NCBI RefSeq assembly: GCF_002113885.1
Contig: NW_018407247.1
Location: 285,317 to 349,316 of the forward strand
Origin: Mizuhopecten yessoensis
Taxonomy: Eukaryota
Length of the DNA: 64,000 bases
Direction: 5' to 3'
The notes below the pieces were generated by a model. The model worked only from the letters and a program-made list of their open reading frames with translations. It was not told the origin of the DNA and made no database searches. A program made the position numbers and the translations under genes. Positions 27,091-39,120 of the stretch are shown one piece after another; the stretch's first letter is position 1, and the number at the start of each line of letters is the position of its first letter.

Positions 27091-27300
27091 CGACAATCAC
27101 TCAAGTCGTGTTCAGAGCAAATAAGCAGTAATGGTACTAAAACACTGCCTTGAGGTACACCAAAATAAATATTATACATGTTGCCAAGTAAGTCTGCATG
27201 AGTTCTATCAGAAAAGATGAACTGCACAAGCCAACGTTCATACGATATAGTTAAAGATATATGTATTTCATGATCAACGATGTCAGATCCATTGTTTGAA
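27090..27300 (-). mobile_element. Decayed LINE reverse transcriptase fragment
   Basis: GVPQGSVLVPLLLICSEHDLSDC corresponds to the RT motif GVPQGSVLGPLLFxxYxNDL. Confidence 0.65.
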
Positions 27301-27499
27301 ATAAGCAAAACCGTTCCAGGATCGTGTGCAAGCATGCGTTTTTTTATGAAGTAAATTAAATGGATTAGAACTGTCGGATAACATGTACTGAAACTACACT
27401 AGTATTTATGTAACAAATGTTGATTTGAATAAATATCTACCGAATATAACATGAACATCTTTCTGAAGAATATTTGACACTTAACTCAGAATACTTGCC

Positions 27500-27594
27500 A
27501 ATCTGATTAAAACCAGAATTTTGATTCCACTCCCGATACTCTACGTTCCTAAGAGTATCGGGAGTGGAATCAAATATCTGGTTTTAACAAGATT
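27500..27594. mobile_element. Foldback/mini-MITE palindrome
   Basis: TTAAAACCAGA..TTTGATTCCACTCCCGATACTCT [loop] AGAGTATCGGGAGTGGAATCAAA..TCTGGTTTTAA. Confidence 0.75.
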
Positions 27595-28353
27595 AAAGTC
27601 TATAATTACTTACTTGATTTCCAGAGTTTCGTCTCGAGATAACCTGGAAGATGTTCCTGTCACAGATGGCCTTGAAGAAGAACTCGTCTAGGATGAATCT
27701 AGAATTTCACGTCTTGATTGAACCTCGAGGAATTTCGATGTCATCATCTTTTTTTAGTCACGCCATTAATTACAAGGCGCAGGCTAACACGACAACTTTA
27801 CATCTGATTTCTTCGCACGTAAAATCATCGTAATTATTGCCTATTTATATGAAAACATTTGTGCATAGTCAAAGCTGTTCCAAGGAGATAGCCGACATCA
27901 TTTATAATTCATAATCCTCTGAATAGTATCCCAAAATTAGGTATTTGCAATGTAACTCTTTGAAAAGCTGTTCAGATTTCTCAATTTTGTTTAAGCGGAA
28001 AAAAATAATTTTGCAGAGTATACAATCCTTTAGTTTGTAATCTAACATTGTTTCAATATATAATTTCCAATCTTCTTAAAGTCAAAGCTACAGACAAGTT
28101 AACCAACATTATTCCTATTGTTACTATGGTAGAATATTTATTTAAGTCCTTTTTAAAAGTATTCAATTAAAAGCAGATATTGGGATGAATTTTACAGAAT
28201 TTTTGTTATTTGAAATTTAAAAACCATGTATAGAAACACCGCCGAAATCGAAAGCAGTACCTTTACATTACCAAGTCAACACTTTACCAACGTCTCCTAC
28301 CAGGAACTATAAATGAAAAACAGCTAAACGTGAGTACAATTTATGGGCTACAA

Positions 28354-28678
28354 CATCTTTGATACTCGTGGAGTTACGCTTTCTGCACCCCTGGAATATG
28401 TCATAGCAAAATTGAAGGCACGGATATAGCTGTTTGATTGGTATCAGGTGAAAAACTCCTGACCAATTACTTGGCTGATACCTGTCCTTTGAGGATTACA
28501 GAGGAGCGACATCCGACTTCAAAGACAGTCAAATGTTACCGTTGCGCGACCGCTCGATTCTTTTGATGTACATCAAAGGATCGACAAGGTGGGGCACACG
28601 AAGCCTTCAATTTTTCTATGACATTTTCAAGGGGTGCATAGAGCGTAAGTCAGCACAACCCCTGACGTATCGAGGATG
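28354..28678. mobile_element. Second copy of the same MITE in opposite orientation, 9-bp TSD
   Basis: Same TIRs, with the internal sequence reverse-complemented. TSD GGGCTACAA at 28345-28353 and 28679-28687. Confidence 0.88.
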
Positions 28679-30880
28679 GGGCTACAAAGCTTGTGAAACA
28701 ATTAACATTGAAATAGATAACATGACAGGGGAAATAACTCTAAGTCAGAAAAAAATATTTTTTTGCTGATGATGTGAGAATAGTTTTCCGTCACAAATGT
28801 ACCCCAGATGAAGTTATCTGATATGGACAGATGATGTATGGGGACTTTGTCGGAATTATAATGTATTTCAGCTAGATTTGTATTAGAGGTGTGATGATTT
28901 GAGGAGGTTATTCCGGTACGCGTTGTCGTTATTTTTGATGTTATGTACATTGTGTTTGTCTTTCCCTGTTCAACTCATCAATGATGATGTAAAATGTTTG
29001 ATAATGCATAAAATCAAATTATTGGTTCATTTGTGTTTGATTTGGCTATTGCTGTTGTTGTAATTTGAAATCAGATGCACTCTGGAGAGTTCGTTGCTAA
29101 GTTGTGAAAACTGCTGTCCAATCCATTTGAATGATATGCATTAAAATCGATCGCCTTTCGGACAACGTTGTATCATCCATACAAATGCCTGCTGATCTTG
29201 TGAAATATCTCAAAAATATATCTTTCAAGTATCTAATTTTCAAATTCTCCACAAATGCTTCCAGTTTACGAAACGTCCAAAGAAAAAGTCCTGCAATAAT
29301 GAGAAATAAATAATTTGACTTCGTTTTGATCCATTATATTTTGGAAATGTTTAGTTGTGCACTACCACCGGCCATGCTATATAGTCGTGTCATTCATTTA
29401 TGGATGTAGGGATTGACTATGTGTACGTTAATGCAAGGTAAAAGCTAATGACAACTAGATTTGAGAGAATATTTCTCCTGGTGCTGTGGTCTTATAATTC
29501 AATATGTCCATTCGCAATGATGGCAACTTTGTTGTAAAGAAGGTTGTGTAATTTCAATCAGATATTGCGTCATAACATCACACTGTTTGTTAGACATATC
29601 CTGTTTTAATCCGACACACCAGGAAATGCACGTCACTAATGAGTAAAAAGTACTGAAAATCAGCGGGAACGTGTAGGAAAAATAAGGTCAGACGGAGGAC
29701 AATCATCGTTAAACAATGACTAGAAAAGATGGAAATAGACAAGTACACACGAACCATGCTTTACTACCTAGAGTGAAGCAGTTTTATCTAGTATCACATT
29801 TGTACTGATACGTCCACAGGGAGAAGACACTGTTTCAAGATTGTTCCCCCTTTTATCGTGAAAGGTCGAGATTCAGTACCTCCTTGCACATCTACTGTAA
29901 AGGATCATGCTTACCCCTAAAGTATGACGACCTTCTAAGGGGTACTTTACAGAGATGTATCGATACTACCCGAGGTAATGTTGTCAGTTCCTACATCACC
30001 ACGCGAAGCAGGAGGAACGGGGGCGTTAATACATTTACCCTGCTCTGTCCCATTTAATGACCCCAGGAGCCCCTACTATTGGACTCTACTCAATCAGGGA
30101 GTTTCTGCTGTGGTCTTGGCGGGCACACGAACCAAAAGTAATCTAATGCCCGTGTTTTAACAACTAAGAGTGTTCTATTTACATTTCTGTCAACCTATTC
30201 TTTCTCTTTGAGAATTATATAGGCTGGGGGAATCTTTATCTGGTTAGCCTAATGCCAGGCTAGGCTACTACGTGTGGTGTTATGCAACAATCTCCAATTG
30301 GTATGGCATTTCTATTGGATGGCCTTTGAGTGGTCACATAGTCTGTGAATACTGTCTTAATATGACCTTAGATGTTGCAATAACGCAATAACTGAATCAG
30401 CAATCAATCAATCAATGTGCATCGGCAGGAAATTCGAGAGATTGGATTTTTTTTTTTAATAAAACATCCCTCGGTACACACAACAACATAATCAGCTAGG
30501 TAATTTCGAAATTCGGGATTGATTCTATTTGATATGCTGTGTGAATGAGTTATTATCACGGTAATTTCACACAGGGCTATTTCTAGTGGATGGGCAAATG
30601 ATCGTTCCACACTGGGAATGCAAAGATGAAAAAAAAAAGAGAAAAAAAGCTAGAGGTCACATGGCCGAGTTATAGTTGCACGTGCTACGTGCAAGTGCTG
30701 CACCGCAGTATAATCTATATTTTAGAGTATAACCATACCACAATCTAAATGTTCTTTTCATTCTGCGTGCGGCGTCCATGTTTGAAGATATGAACACAGA
30801 CCTTGTGGCAATACATATGGAATATCTCCCATGAATGTTTTCCCCTCATCAACAGTATTTTGAGGTGATGTTCAGAAGAG

Positions 30881-31135
30881 TTTTGTTCCAGATTGGGCTT
30901 TTACACCACAACGGTTCCGTATATATAGAAATATTAAAAAATGGAATTGCGGGGACTTAACATATTTGTCGTTATTTACCTTAAAGTTGATATATTTGGT
31001 TATATACCTTCTATACGATAAGGTCGCACATAAAAGAATGTTTATAAGTTCATAGAACACATTTTTAAAGTCAGCATGTGAAAAAAATGATCGAACCACC
31101 ATGAGCATATAACACAAGTTTTACAATGCTCTCTG
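30881..31135. repeat. Dispersed repeat, copy 2
   Basis: Matches 26833-27090 in the same orientation. Confidence 0.9.
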
Positions 31136-31261
31136 TTTTTCTCATGTCCCCTCAACAAGAACAGTAGGGTTGTCGAGTGGATTACATGTTAATGGTCTGA
31201 TATTAATTTATAAGACAAATAGAGGTGAACCCAGGCTGATTAACGGTCCTAAGGGATCAGA

Positions 31262-31540
31262 TGTAAGCGGCCACCAAGGTCTTTTTGCGGCACCGTCAGT
31301 TTATGCCAGCTAATTGAAGCTGGTCGATGGACACACAGATGATTGTAGCGGGGAGTATAACAAAGCTTTCCAGCTCGATAATTAGCCGACAACAACAAGA
31401 GAACACTCCGGGAGATACACTGGTTTTAGAGTTGTTGTTTAGGTATGATGAGACGAAGCTGCGCGAGACATACAAGCCTACCTGTATTCTGACCCGTGAA
31501 TGAAGTATCAACAGCCGCACGTGTTCATCCTGAGGTTACA
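31262..31540 (+). mobile_element. Candidate LTR (TGTAAG...GTTACA)
   Basis: A 279-bp GC-richer block with TGTAA/TTACA inverted termini, preceded by a purine-rich stretch (TAAGGGATCAGA). No TSD seen. Confidence 0.4.
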
Positions 31541-32317
31541 AGTTAAGACATATTTTATAAAATCTCAATAACTAAGTGAGCACAGTCACGTGACGTTGGT
31601 TGATTGTTTCAAGTTCCCTCTCAAAAGCGAAAATGTATTACACGATCTCTTACGGAAATTATGCACATATGAGGGGAACTATTGGAAGGTCGAACAAACA
31701 CACAACACAACACAAAGGGATTTATCGCGAATTCTCAGATATAATTTCTTGTTATAAAGAAAACCAAAGGAAAATATATAGGCTCTTCCAATGCATTTTA
31801 AACATTCAATGCAATGTGTCTTCAGGAGTGCGGCGGAAATACATTTTTAAACGCAAGAAGGGAGGCATTTGATTACAATTTCATAGTGATTGCTGATGCG
31901 TATTATATGTAAACAAATGTGTAGTTGCACTTTTGACACCGTCCCCGCGCATGATTTTATAATAGTTGACATTTCGTGTTCCCTCCCACTGCGTATACTC
32001 GTGATTTTATGTTTGTTCATGACAGGATATTACAATAATGTCAAGCAATGCTATACCTCAAAACATGAGCTACCGTGATCACCAGATATACAGGTAGATT
32101 TAAAGCAAGACAAATAAAATTCCATAATCAAACTCAGATCCCAAAGTATTACAAATATCTTTCAATGAAATTGAGATATTTGTATATATGATAAATGACA
32201 AATTTTCAAACGAAACATTGATAGATTTATATGAACAAAATTATATTTAAACCTGTTAGAGACATCTCATTTAACTTGGAAATGTATTTCATATGGAATA
32301 TATATATATATAAGTCA

Positions 32318-35300
32318 TAGTTTTATTAGTTTAGTTTAAACATATTTTATTGACAACATATTGACAAAGGGATTAGTTGGTAAGTTTTTCAAACTTATCA
32401 ATTGACTTCTCCCGTAATACAGACAAATACAATAATACAAAATTGTCACATGATGGTAAGAAAATAAATATGTTATTAATGAATGAGAGAGAGAGAGAGG
32501 GGTTGGGGTTGGGGTACGGTAAGATAAGAACCAGGAGACAGGACTGGGGTTGGAGGTTGGATAGAGAGGAGTGGGGTTTGTAGTTAGTCAAATCTACCCG
32601 ATCTTCCCAGGAAAAAATGTGCAGCCTTGGCTAGTTTCATATTACCATTTGGTGAGACGTTGGGGTCACCTTTACAAAGAATATCTACGTTTATGTCGCC
32701 TTCGTACCATTCTAATTCGGTAATGAGTGTTCTTCGTAAATTATAATACAAAGGACAAATAAGGGAAAAATGATAACAATCTTCACAGGGATGCCCACAC
32801 CTGCAATCAGCTAAACCGACTAGATTTGCTCTGAAAAGATCATAATATAATGAGTTAGCTCGATTTCTAAGACGACAAAGGAGCATATTTAATTTTCTCG
32901 GTCCATAGTTTACGAAATGCTTGCTAAACAAATTATTTACTATCATAGGCTTTTTTACATTAGACTTGAAAGAATTTAGTGAGGGTGAGTTTCTTACAGT
33001 GTTGTTCAAGAATTTTAATGTGGAAGAAAAGAAAGAATTTTTTGATAGTTGTAAACGGAAGCGTGTTCCCGCAGTAAATGTGCATTTCGCAAATTATACG
33101 GAGCTATATTTCAAATATACATTGGGTAATAAGTCAGTAAGAAATTTAGGTGCCATGTTATTTACTATAGAATAAGACAAGGAAAGTTTCCGAGCATCTC
33201 TTCTTTTCGAAAGGGGTAACCATCCGGTTTCTTGATATAAGAAATCTTTTTTAGTGAATGTGGTTAGCCCTGTGACTATACTTGCAGCTTCTAGATGGAT
33301 TTTTTCTAGTGACAGGGCGGCGATTGTTTCACCGCAGTTGTCCCATACTTCACATGCATATTTCAGTAGTGGTCGAACATAAGTAAGATATAGTTTTTCT
33401 AATGTATTTCTTTTTAAAATAAGTTTTAGTTTACGAAGGGTTGCTATATATTTGGTTACTTTACTGACAATATATTTAACATAAACATTCCATTTACAGT
33501 CGTTAGTAAGAATAACACCTAAGTGCTTATGTTGGTTAGTTATTAGAATGGGGGTATTATTAAATGTGAATGAAGGGATGAATGGGATATGCCGATTTGA
33601 GATGACTAGGGCCTCAGTTTTGGTAGGGTTAAAAGACATCAGCCATTCTTTGGACCAAACTTCAAGTTTTCTCAGATCAGATTTTGCTTTGGATGAAATT
33701 GTGTTTAAGTCTTGGGACGAATAAGACAGAGTGGTATCATCAGCAAAAAGTCTAGAGAGAGAGGAAAGATCACAGGAAATATCATTTATGTATATAAGGA
33801 AGAAAAGAGGACCAAGAACAGAACCTTGAGGAACACCAGCTTTTATGGCCTTAAAGGAAGAAAGAGAATCATTGATAGAAACCGCCTGTTGTCTGTTTGA
33901 AAGATAACTAGTAATCTACTGAAGAAGAGGGCCAGAAATGCCATAATTATTCAATTTATGTATTAGACCTCTGTGCCAGACGCGGTGAAAAGCTTTTGAA
34001 AAATCACAAAACATTAATAGAGAATGTTCGTTATTGTCTAAAGAGGTAACTATTGAATGGTATAGCTCAATAAGTTGATGTGTCGTGGAATGGTTAGGTA
34101 AAAATCCTGACGAATATTTGTAAAAAAGGTCATTTTCAATCAAAAAGTTATCTGTATGTTTATAAACCAAACGCTCAAACAGTTTTCCGATACAGCTTAT
34201 CAATGAAATCGGTCTGTAATTGGAGGTAATACTTACATCATTCGCTTTATAGATAGGCATGACATGAACGATTTTCCAGTTATAAGAATATGTACAAGAA
34301 TACAGAGAATAATTAAAAATAATGGATAGCGGTACAGAAATCTCGCTAGATAATAATTTGAGCATTTTATGGCTAATACCGTCAGGACCTGATGCCTTAT
34401 TTACATCTAGAATTTTTATAATATCTTCAACTTCACTGGGATTTCTATTTATTTCTGATAAGATGCAGTCAGTCCTCCTCTCAAAAAAAGGCAATCCTTT
34501 GTCTGTATCAATTTCTGATAACGAACACACAAAACTAAAGTAGTTATTTAAGAGTTCACATTTTCTATCGTTGTCATAAATTATTTTATTTGTAGTACCG
34601 TCTAATAACGGGGATATTTCGGTGTGTTTTTTTTAGCTTTAAGAAGATTTCGGAGCAGTTTCCAATAAATCTTAGGATTGTTGCTACTTTTATCAATTAC
34701 TGTATTTATGCTATCATAAAATATTTCTTTAGCTCTCTTAATCATATTATTTACTTTATTTCTCATGTATTTGTACTTGTTTTTGTTGCACTCACTGTTA
34801 TTGTTAAACATTATTTTTTTAAGTCTATCTCTTTTCCTAATATTACGTCTGAACAATCCATTCATCCACGGTTTATCACTATCGCGTACTAATACTACTT
34901 TTGATGGTATACATTTGACAACGGCATCAACAAATTTCTCGGTAAAGAAATTGCACATTTCATTAACATTTAATAAGTTAGCAAGATTGGCTAACCAAGG
35001 GATACTATTTATCGTGTCTTTAAGTTTGNCAACAATAATAGGGTAAAGAAGTGTTGAGGAGGTATCGGTTTGTCTAGTTGGTTCAGTTATTATATTGGTC
35101 AAATTATAGTTAGACATAATATTAGATAGATCGCCTCTAACAGTTTTTAGAAAATCAACATTTAAATCACCTGTGATTATTATATTGGTCGTTTCTTCAA
35201 ATGCAATATCAAGCGAGTGTCTCAGATGCTGCCATAAACTATCATTATTATAAGAGGGGGTTTATATAGGTTACAAATTCGATATAATGTATTTTGAAAT

Positions 35301-36300
35301 TTAATTTGGGACCATATAGTTTCATCGCTACCAATTTCAAGATCGTTTCTCCGCTTGGCTACGAGTGATTCAGAAAAATACATAGCAACCCCACCACCAA
35401 ACATGTTTCTATCCTTACGAAGTGGTTCAGGGAAACCATCAATTTTAAGTTCAGAATATGGAACAGAGTTATCAAGATGGGTTTCAGTAAAGCATAACAT
35501 ATTAATATCATCTATTAAGGAACAAATATAGTTTACGTTGTTACGCAGACTGCGAATGTTTAAATGAAACAAACTAAGGACATTGGGAGCCGAGCTACTA
35601 TTAGAATTGGGCCCCGGGTTAGGGTGGATATCACCAGCTATCAGTAAGATAATTAAGGCTGAATTGAATGGATTGCGGATGGAGTTGGACAACTGCAGTA
35701 GCAACAAATAGATCCGATGGAGACAGTTAAGATTGGAGATTAATGTTTTAAACCTTTTGAAGTAATTGTTTTTAAAAACAAGGGTGACTGGTAAACATGC
35801 TAACTTACAATAGAAACATCCTATAGCAGCCCTCCAAGCGCATAAGTCATAACCCGTCATGCAGGGACAAAATTAAAAATCACTAAAAATTGATGGAGGT
35901 CTACCAACAGTGACTGGGATGAACAAGCATATCCTAGGGAGGAGGGGGTAGTGGAGTCAAGAAGAGGAAAGAAATAGATCAAGGAAGAAGAATAAGACAC
36001 ACGAAGAAAAAACAGGAAAAGAACACAAGGATCGAAAAGGCATAGAAAAAAACCTATATACATTACTGATATGAAGCCAACAATTGGCATCAGCGATGAT
36101 CGACTTTATAACTGAGTCGACCATGGTGAGGTGGGTGACAATACATTGACAGGGAAAATGGCATAATCATGGTAATTTGAGAGGAAAAAATATAATAATA
36201 AAAAATTAATAAAAAAAAGAATACATATATATTCGTGTGTGTAATTTATATAAAAAAAAGAAATCATCTCGGAGATTTGCAGTAAGCATACATTGAAATT
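32318..36300 (-). mobile_element. Near-complete ORF2 CR1/L2-group LINE (leader-2A-APE-RT-C-terminal Cys/His), frameshifted
   Basis: Motifs GDIHPNPGP, HLNIRSL, CFTETHL, KASGPDGI, NYRPISL, DFSKAF, GVPQGSVLGP, LFADD, KHLGV and CRCGHPCEDCYH. 3' stem-loop, CAATAAAATATGTTTAAA and (AAACT)n tail. N gap at 35029. The 5' limit is approximate. Confidence 0.96.
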
Positions 36301-36389
36301 TAACAAGTAATAATATAATGTTTCATGGTATTGCGGGTCACGAGAGGGGACAGATCCAACACAGACGGCGTCAGTTATACACGGTTCTA

Positions 36390-36898
36390 CTATTCACTAT
36401 ATGCACTCAACTTGTCAAATGTCTGTGACATCCCGTCCCGTAAATCTTCCTCCTGGTCATCCATTTCTTCCTTGAAATACATTCCACTGCGCCGTCTATG
36501 CTGGAAAAGGCCGCCCACATGATTTTTTTTTAAATATGCAACGTATCGTATTATGTATATGGCACATATGCTATGTCTCCTAATTATGTAATTAAATGCA
36601 TGCATCCGACTAAATAAAAAAACGAGATTGGATATTCATTAAAAAAATAAAAAATAAAAACGTGTAACAGCTCTCTCCTGATTTTTTTTTTTTTTAAACT
36701 TGAATTAACCATTTTGGTACTGATGTTTGGATGAAAACCTCAGACATGGACACATTATTTGCTGTTGTACATCTGGTGGCTGCGGAAATGTAATTATACA
36801 TCCCATCAAGAAACGGCGTATACTCACCATGGCGAGCAGATCTAGAGCCAGCCATTCTTCACCACATGAAAGGCAGTATTTACAATCAAGGAATGCAT
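36390..36898 (-). CDS. Candidate last two exons of an unidentified gene (36828-36898 and 36390-36500)
   Basis: CCAG|..AFLDCKYCLSCGEEWLALDLLAM|GTGAGT, then CTTTTCCAG|HRRRSGMYFKEEMDDQEEDLRDGMSQTFDKLSAYSE*. The phase-0 junction is consistent and both blocks are GC-richer than their flanks. Confidence 0.4.
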
Positions 36899-37067
36899 CT
36901 GGCAATTTAAGTCGGAATGCATGTATTAACTCAAATTTTGATGAGATAGAGATAGATTTTAATTGAAATATCGTTATGTCTTCCAAATTGTTTTATATAG
37001 ATCTTTCATGGTCACACAAAGTCTATGTACAATAATTTTGATCACTTTTGTAAGCAATTGTATATTG

Positions 37068-38110
37068 ATACACTTTTAAGAGGTACAAATACACTTTTAG
37101 CGGTACATATACACTTTTAGCGGTACATACACACTTTTAGCGGCACACATACACTTTTAGCGGTACATATACACTTTTAGCGGTACATATACACTTTTAA
37201 GTGCTCCATATACACTTTTAGCGGTACATAAACACTTTTAAGAGGTACATATACACTTTAAGCGTTACATATACACTTTTAGCGGTACACATACACTTTT
37301 AGCGGTACATATACACTTTTAAGTGCTACATATACACTTTTAGCGGTACATAAACACTTTTAAGAGGTACATATACACTTTAAGCGTTACATATACACTT
37401 TTAGCGGTACATATACACTTTTAGCGGTACATATACACTTTTAAGAGGTCGTATAAACTTTAAGCGTTACATATACACTTTTAGTGGTACACATACACTT
37501 TTAGCGGTACACATACACTTTTAAGCGGTACATATACACTTCTAGCGGTACATATACACTTTTAGCGGTACATATACACTTTTAGCGGTACATATACACT
37601 TTTAGCGGTACATATACACTTTTAGCGGTACATATACACTTTTAGCGATACATTTACACTTTTAACGGTACATATACACTTTTAGCGGTACATATACACT
37701 TTTAGCGGTACATATACACTTTTAGCGTTACATATACACTTTTAGCGGTACATATACACTTTTAGCGGTACATATACACTTTTAGCGGTACATATACACT
37801 TTTAGCGGTACATATACACTTTTAGCGGTACATATACACTTTTAGCGGTACATATACACTTTTAGCGGTACATATACACTTTTAGCGGTACATATACACT
37901 TTTAGCGGTACATATACACTTTTAGCGGTACATATACACTTTTAGCGTTACATATACACTTTTAGCGGTACATATACACTTTTAGCGGTACATATACACT
38001 TTTAGCGGTACATATACACTTTTAGCGGTACATATACACTTTTAGCGTTACATATACACTTTTAGCGGTACATATACACTTTTAGCGGTACATATACACT
38101 TTTAGCGTTA
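37068..38110. repeat. 20-bp satellite (TACACTTTTAGCGGTACATA), resumes at 38672-38731
   Basis: Tandem array is directly visible. Confidence 0.98.
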
Positions 38111-38111
38111 T

Positions 38112-38673
38112 ATATTATACAATTATGGACTTTTGTGCTGGTGAATATGATGTGATATGACATCATATCACATCATATTCACCAGCACAAAAGCCCATAA
38201 CTGTTTTATTATATGCTTCAACAATACAATAAAACAAAACAACACTAAAGGTTCTGATTTTTGTACGCGAGCCTCCGTGTAAAATGTAGCCAGGTTTGAA
38301 TACAACAGTTCATCATTGTAACTTTCAAAGGCATCGTCTATATTATTTTTCTTAAGATAAGCATGGAGGACATGCACTGCGTGTCCAATGGCCTTTTAAC
38401 GTTAGCAGCACCTTTATCCTCAAATAGTTTTGGTAATTTTCTGATGTAACGGAGGAGAAACGTTCGCCAGCAGCCATCTTCGAATGTCGTCTGACAGATC
38501 GCGTTCCAGTCTAACTGCGCATGCGCTACGACAGGTTCCGGGGAATTTCCATTCAGGCTATATTTAGAAATCGATATTCACCGGATAACCAGTCTACATG
38601 ACTTTTTGAGGACTGGTCACGTGTATAGGATCCGACCAATGTGATTGCGAGAAATGTTCATGCATATAATAAA
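38112..38673 (-). mobile_element. Internally deleted Crypton-type (tyrosine recombinase) DNA transposon with terminal hairpin
   Basis: Minus 38477-38250 (frameshifted) reads MAAGERFSSVTSE/KLPKLFEDKGAAN/KKAIGHAVHVLHAYLKKNNIDDAFESYNDELLYSNLATFYTEARVQK, resembling a Crypton/ZMYM-QRICH1-type recombinase N-terminus. Perfect 31-bp hairpin at 38130-38193. Confidence 0.75.
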
Positions 38674-39078
38674 CACTTTTAGCGGTACAAATACACTACA
38701 TATACACTTTTAGCGGTACATATACACTTTTGAACATATAACAAGCCAAATATGTAATTTTATAAAATGCGTTGTCGACTTAAATAAGTATTAAGACAAA
38801 GTTGCTTTGATTTCGTATTCAATTTCTCTTTATGAAATCTGATATGGCGGGTTTTTTCCTTTTTTTTCTTTCTCGAAATTTTGCGATAAAGTTTCATTAA
38901 AATTATCAGAAAAAAAACCATCAGAAAAATAAACTTATTTGACAGATCATATTTTCTTCTTTTGTCAGGCAAAACGTTTTTAGATTAATTGAAACCTTCT
39001 TCTTTGGAAGGTGAACGTGAGAGATTTGTTTGTACATTATATGTATAAGTCACAATATGCCGAAAATGAACTAAACTG

Positions 39079-39120
39079 CACCATACATCTGTTTCGTCCT
39101 TCTAGGACTTATTGGTGATG
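39079..39120 (-). ncRNA. Minimal type I hammerhead ribozyme motif with mutated core
   Basis: CATCA-CCAATAA-GTCC-TAGAA-GGAC-GAAAC-AGAT-GTA-TGGTG. Helix I, helix II, GAAA and the NUH triplet are present; the CUGAUGA box has decayed. Confidence 0.55.

Noticed and set aside
26809-31117. Paralogous small genes MCYMLMVVRSFF...
   Set aside because: Chance ORFs in a dispersed repeat; the copies differ by indels and have divergent ends.
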